From the NCBI RefSeq assembly GCF_000002075.1, contig NW_004798504.1, positions 9,235-73,234 of the forward strand: a stretch of DNA of 64,000 nucleotides, written 5' to 3'. Position numbers and translations under genes: made by a program. The notes under the pieces were generated by a model, which was given only the letters and a program-made list of their open reading frames with translations, was not told the DNA's origin and ran no database searches. The DNA is from Aplysia californica. Taxonomy: Eukaryota. Shown here piece after piece: positions 58,664 through 64,000 of the stretch (positions within the stretch are counted from its first letter, which is position 1; each line of letters opens with the position of its first letter).

Positions 58664-61600
58664 TAAATAAAAAAAGAAAAAAAAGAGTGGGGCATAAATA
58701 ATCTATGCCCTTCTCAAAACATGTCCCAAATGTCTCTCTCTTCTCCTCTTTATGGTTGTAGTATATATCTTCAATCCCAGCTTTTTCCAACACTTCATTA
58801 TTTCTGAGAAATTCATTCCATTTTTTAAACAAAATTTTGTGTAGACATTTTGTTTTTAAAGCTTTTAAATTTTCGTTGAATTACTGTTAACACTACTTAA
58901 TTACCCTCCTGATCTCTCCGTCACAACACCTTAAAGGGTGATTTGAGATTATATTTTGTGCTCAGCCACACACATTTTACAGAATTGCCAAGTCTGATGA
59001 GGTATTTGGCCTTACATTTTGGCATAGAAAAAGTAAACACAAGTAACTTGCAATGAGTTTGATTCTTGCGCCGGTCACAACAATTTGTCCTATAAAGTTT
59101 GCATTAAGATTAGTAAAAACAGTGAACATTATTATCTATACAACTTTTTTATAGAGATTACAATTCGGGACTGACTTTTTTATCTTATAGATCGGCTTTG
59201 AAACTGATATGGTATATATATAGTACTAATCATGCTGACATTCAATGATAGTACTGGTTTTAATTTCCAGGAACAGAAAAAAATGTGAGTAGGTAAAAGC
59301 AGATGTAATCTTCCATACTTCTTGCATCAGGACTACATAATGTACTTCATCGCTTATTGGTGACAAGTTTCTGTTCTTTTCAAATATAGGGCGTACTGTA
59401 AATGTGATAATGATGCCTGTTTTTGAGTTATGCCACAGTAAACTGAATGACTAATTAATCATTGTCTTCATTTTAAGTTTTGTACAACAACTGTAGGAAG
59501 TTGGGCTATTGTTTGTTAAGGCAAGTTTTGATGTTAGGTTGAATTTTATCTTTCAAAGAATGCTTTGTCTTTTCTTTAAAGAATATTTTCAAGATTTTCA
59601 AGGTTTTGTTTAGATATATATATATATATATTCTTCTCCTTTTTTTTGGAACACCATCAATTATTTCAATATAATTGCTCTCACCTGGGAGTCTAATGGC
59701 CGGAAAGAGCTCTACCCTCGGCAGGCTACTAAAAAACGATAGAATGATGAACAAAAGACACTGCTATTGCAAGTAAATTGTCGCTCAACACTTCTCGCTG
59801 AAAATGACATTGTTGGATTGAGGTGACGTGAAAAGGGATTGTGGTTTTTTGTTTGATTGAAACATTCAAATACACTGATTGTTTACCTGTTGCAGCCTGC
59901 CATTTCATCATGTAGGCCCTAATTCTAGGGAAACTTTGGCTACTTGTGCAGGGTACATTGAATAATATGCATTTGATAAGAAAGGAATTTTCTGAAACTG
60001 TTTATTTCAATTCATTGAGTATCTAATTATTCATGTGTACCCTTCAAGTTCATGAAAAGGTAATTGTCTGTTTTTGTTGCTACAGCATTATTTAGTAAAA
60101 ATGTCAAGGTTAGATGAGGAAATGTCTTTATGAGGTCAAGGTTTTGTGAGAAAAAAACAACAAACATATTGTGACAATATCAGGTTCTATTGGACTCTTT
60201 GTACACCTGTCATTAGTTTCCTGCATCTGTGCCATGATTTTTTATTTATTAATTTAAAAAACTTTTTTTTTGGGGGGGGGGGGGGGGGGGAGGACTAAAT
60301 GATAATTTTTCAGCCAAGTAGAAGTTAGTTTCTTTGAATGACAAGATTCTTTTCTATAATACCACTGTTGTAAAAGTTATTATATTTTGAAAATTTTAAT
60401 GAATACATCATATTAGTCATCTTATTGGGACTGCTGCTGGGGAGTTGGGGTAGATATTTATGAAAGTGAAAGAATTTTGTGGGTCATATTGGATTCTACA
60501 TCATGCTTTCACATTTGACTTGTAGGAATACTATCGCTTCAGTTTTGAATTTTTAGAAACCTTTTGTTTGGCTTTTTGCCCCACAGACATGTGCTGTGCC
60601 TGTCCAGTCTCGCAAAAAAAAAATTACTGACTCTTGGCTTGTTACAAGCAAAATGTGAGCCCATACTGCCCAGCGGAGTAATAGCTCCCATCACAATAAA
60701 AACTCAGTTTGCTTTACTCTCACATGTTACATACAATGATACATCAGTTTGAAAAAGAGTGCTCCAATTGTGTGATAAAAATGTTGAATCTGATAGAAAA
60801 TTGTATGAAAAGGAAAAGGTTCTTCTAAATGTAAATTGAATTACATGTACATGTAGGCTTAGTGAGTTGTAGAAAGTGCAGTAATATAATGCTCAGTAGC
60901 ACATTGTAGAACTCAGTAACACATTGGTTGGTGTAAATATTAATGACATTTAGTAATGTTTAAATAACTACGGCCATAAAAACTTACTTTATGAAATGAA
61001 GTGCATTGGGCTCTCAGTGAGGTGCATTTTTAATCAGCATTCCTTGAAAGGAACTACAACTGCAAAATGTAGGGACACATCTTCTTCATCTCTTGAATTC
61101 ATAGCAATGTATTAGTCGTCGCAGTGTTACTTTGTCTCTTTTTACTGTTCTTTATCTATTGGTAACAATTTCTTCTCATATCTTTCGCAGGAGAAAAGAG
61201 GTCTTGGTTTTTGCGACCCAGTTCCATTTAAAAATTGCACTGCAAAAAAAAAAAAAAAGAAAGAGGTTAAATAAGGTTTTCTGATAAGGGCTCCTTACTT
61301 TGCTTGTGCACTGGAGATAACATTTGAACCCTGAAAAACAGTATATATAACCTCCTGTAACAAATTTCAACTTTTTAGTTTGAGTCATTTTTGCTGGTGC
61401 CTTTAATTAATTGCTTGTTGCAGCTGTTAATAGAAATAGTTAGCCATCCCTCATAGTTTTAGACCAGACTAAAATTGTTTTGTCTATCACCTCAATTGTT
61501 TGTTAAGGATAAAGTGTGATGGAGACTAAAGGTGAGATTTGTAAGAGAGTTGAGACATGACCTTCTCAGCTATGTGACTTGGCATATTTTTTTGTGGTTG

Positions 61601-62891
61601 ATAAGTTTCTTGCTGTTTTACAGAGGAACTTGTGTAAGGTTCAACATAATTATGATAATCAATGGAAAAATTTGAAATTGTTGATGCTGTAACTTTTAAT
61701 AAATCTACATGGCCTGCGCAATTAATTTGAAAATCTTTTGAAAATAGAAATACATTTGCTTTGTTTTACTCCTACTTGTATATTTCTAAGTAGGCCTACA
61801 ATGTATGGGTGTACCAATGTCAGAAAATAAAAATCAATTGCCATAGGTTAGATAAACACTCTTATTTCCTTCATGAAATGAGTATGCTGTGTTCCAATGG
61901 TCTTCTTTATTTGGAACAATTGTTCAACAATTTTTTCAAAACAGTATGGTAATAATAATAATAATGATGATAATAATCATAATAATCCATGTGTATTAAT
62001 ATTAATGTTAGTGTTGATTTAATAATAATAATAATAATAATAATAGTCATAGTCATAGTCATAATTATAGATTTCATTTATAAATACACATATCTCATAT
62101 TCTTACAAGAACGCAGGTTCTAGGTGCTTTACAATTATACTGATGATTTCATCATCATTTTAGTGGCTTTTAAATATCTGTTTGACAGTGCCCTCTGCTG
62201 ACTACTTATGTGAGTGGTGGAAATGACTGCTTTTTTACTATAGTTTTAAGGTGGTCTTCCATCAACTGTTCTGAGAGAACAGAAATAATTTTTAACTGAT
62301 GTATTTGCTAATTTCGAAAGATTTCAAGTCAGCTTGTTGGAGGATGCTAATAGTAGACCACAGACATTGGAATATTTCTCATCTTGCATTTCCTCAAGTT
62401 TTTTCCAGTGTTCATGTTTCTCATTCTGTATAAATTTCCTTTGCTTTTTACTGGGGCTCTTGTTTTTCCTTTGTATATCATCCTCCATTTTTAGTGGGGT
62501 TTGTGATTCTCCTCAGCCTTTACTGGGGTTCGTGTTTCTCATCTTGATTTTCCTCAGAGCACTCTATGGCGTTACTCACTTTATTTCTACTTGTACATAG
62601 ATAAGTAAATGAATATTACGGTGACGTAGTAGACAAGATTATTTTTTATTGATTGGATTGATTCAGTTGGGGTTTTTTTTTTCGATGAGGGGGAAAAGAT
62701 ATGGAGGCACAGTGTTGAGGTCCTTGTAAACTGTGGAAGATTAGCTTTTTCCTTACATATTAAAAAAAACCATATCTTGAGACAACTAAGTATGGAATAC
62801 AAACGAACAAGATTCTTACATATCCTAAACACCTGTGCAACTGACAACACAATGAGCAATCACTCATTCATTAAAAATTGTTGTTTGTCTG

Positions 62892-63404
62892 GTAAGTGTT
62901 TTACGGCGCTCGCAACTGTATAAGGTCATATGAGCGCCGAGACACACCAAACATTTTCAGTTTGTAGGAAATTTTGAATTTTGCCCGGGTGGCGGCCGAA
63001 ACCAACTCTTATCGATTTTAGACCACAGAGGGATCTTTGATATGCGCAACTTGCACCCGGGCCCTCAGATATTTTTCGCCCTTGTCGGAGAAGGCTAGGT
63101 GCAGATATTTCCTACCAGAAGACCAGGGGTGTGGCTGAAAGACAGCAGTTAGAAGGAGTCAAGGAGTAGCAGTAGAAAGGCTGCAGAAAGAGTCAGGAGC
63201 CATGAGGAGGGGGCAAAGGAGGTGAGGGGTGAGGGCAGAAAGCGGAGACGAAAACAGATGACTGAACTTTGCTAGAGAGCCGGAAAGGAGGTGAAAGGAG
63301 ACAATACATTTTTAGAGAAGAAAATTTTTCTGTTGCTATCCAGATTCGAACCCAGGACCTTTGAATGATAGGCGAACTCCTTAACCTCTAGGCCACGAGA
63401 GCCC
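62892..63404 (-). mobile_element. SINE family A, copy 4
   Basis: Head GGGCTCTCGTGGCCTAGAGGTTAAGG...GGTTCGAATC with intact A and B boxes; tail GCGCCGTAAAACACTTAC. Confidence 0.88.
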
Positions 63405-63671
63405 CCCAACTCATTCATGAGGGCCTTGAATGAAAGAGGGGGATGGAGAACTTTGACCACCAATGTCTGCTCCAGATAAAACATTTGATTATGATCATAG
63501 AAATACAATCTACACTCACTCTGTCATCATGAAAGTGCAGCACCACCTGTAGAAGGTTGTTTGACACCTGTTTGTCTTACTTTATTTGAAAAGTGGAAGA
63601 AGAGAAGGAGGAGAGGGATAAAAACACACAACCAATATTGTACATATTTATTTGTTTTTTTTTGTGTTCAG

Positions 63672-64000
63672 AGTTTCACCAACACAACGGATCAGTGAAC
63701 CACTCTGAGGACTCTGTTATAAAGAACCCGCAAGTGCTTGACGTAAAGTTGCTCAAGATGGGTCCTGGGGGCGGCCGTAAGGAAGATGAACAGCACTTGC
63801 ATGTTCAGAGCAACTCCACCATGGATCATTCAACGGCACCCAACGACGAGGTGTTGACTGGCTCACCTAACGGGACCACGGACGCAGACGAGGGTGCGGT
63901 CAAGTTTCGTTACGAGTACCCGCTGCTCCGGTTCAGCGTTGTCTTCAGGGTCGTCGTCTTCCTCTGCTCGGTGGTGACGATTGTCTTGTGGCTCACAGGT
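63672..64000 (+). CDS. Exon of an unidentified membrane protein (low-complexity N-terminus, then TM helix FSVVFRVVVFLCSVVTIVLWLT); truncated by the window edge
   Basis: Strong acceptor T-tract GTGTTCAG at 63671; frame open from 63674 to the end; in-frame ATG at 63758 (MGPGGGRKEDEQH...); GC3-rich; CAG|GT at 63998/63999 may be the donor. Confidence 0.75.

Noticed and set aside
62370-62560. Glu/Lys-rich coding-like minus-strand sequence
   Set aside because: Degenerate tandem repeat of about 36 nt with stops and frameshifts.
63330-63404. tRNA-like sequence
   Set aside because: Head of SINE family A; no proper acceptor stem, and it continues into the SINE body in three copies.

Overview
Eukaryotic (metazoan, probably gastropod mollusc; inferred) genomic DNA, AT-rich and repeat-rich, with four N gaps. 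(1) A complete type I coronin gene on + : nine shared coding exons (16727-26795, 432 codons) and two phase-0 candidate terminal exons (30049-30186, 36169-36330), each encoding its own coiled coil with an R-h-x-x-h-E trimerisation motif and an acidic tail. (2) A convergent 105-aa single-domain cupin on - (47622-47939) with an intronless CDS and a probable 5'UTR intron of about 7 kb. (3) An exon of a + strand membrane-protein gene running off the right edge, and a weak candidate - strand exon near the left edge. (4) Many mobile elements: a decayed RTE-clade LINE containing a nested, TSD-flanked 3' fragment of a restriction-like-endonuclease (HERO-type) retrotransposon, tRNA-derived SINEs, hAT and Tc1/mariner-type MITEs, and a MITE carrying telomere repeats. 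The most unusual signal is in the 3'UTR of the nested retrotransposon (6006-6073): all hammerhead-ribozyme core nucleotides and perfect stems I, II and III, but in a strand order that fits none of hammerhead types I, II or III. Palindromic (TAGATC)n arrays cluster just inside the inferred first introns. All calls were made by eye; no searches or folding programs were run.
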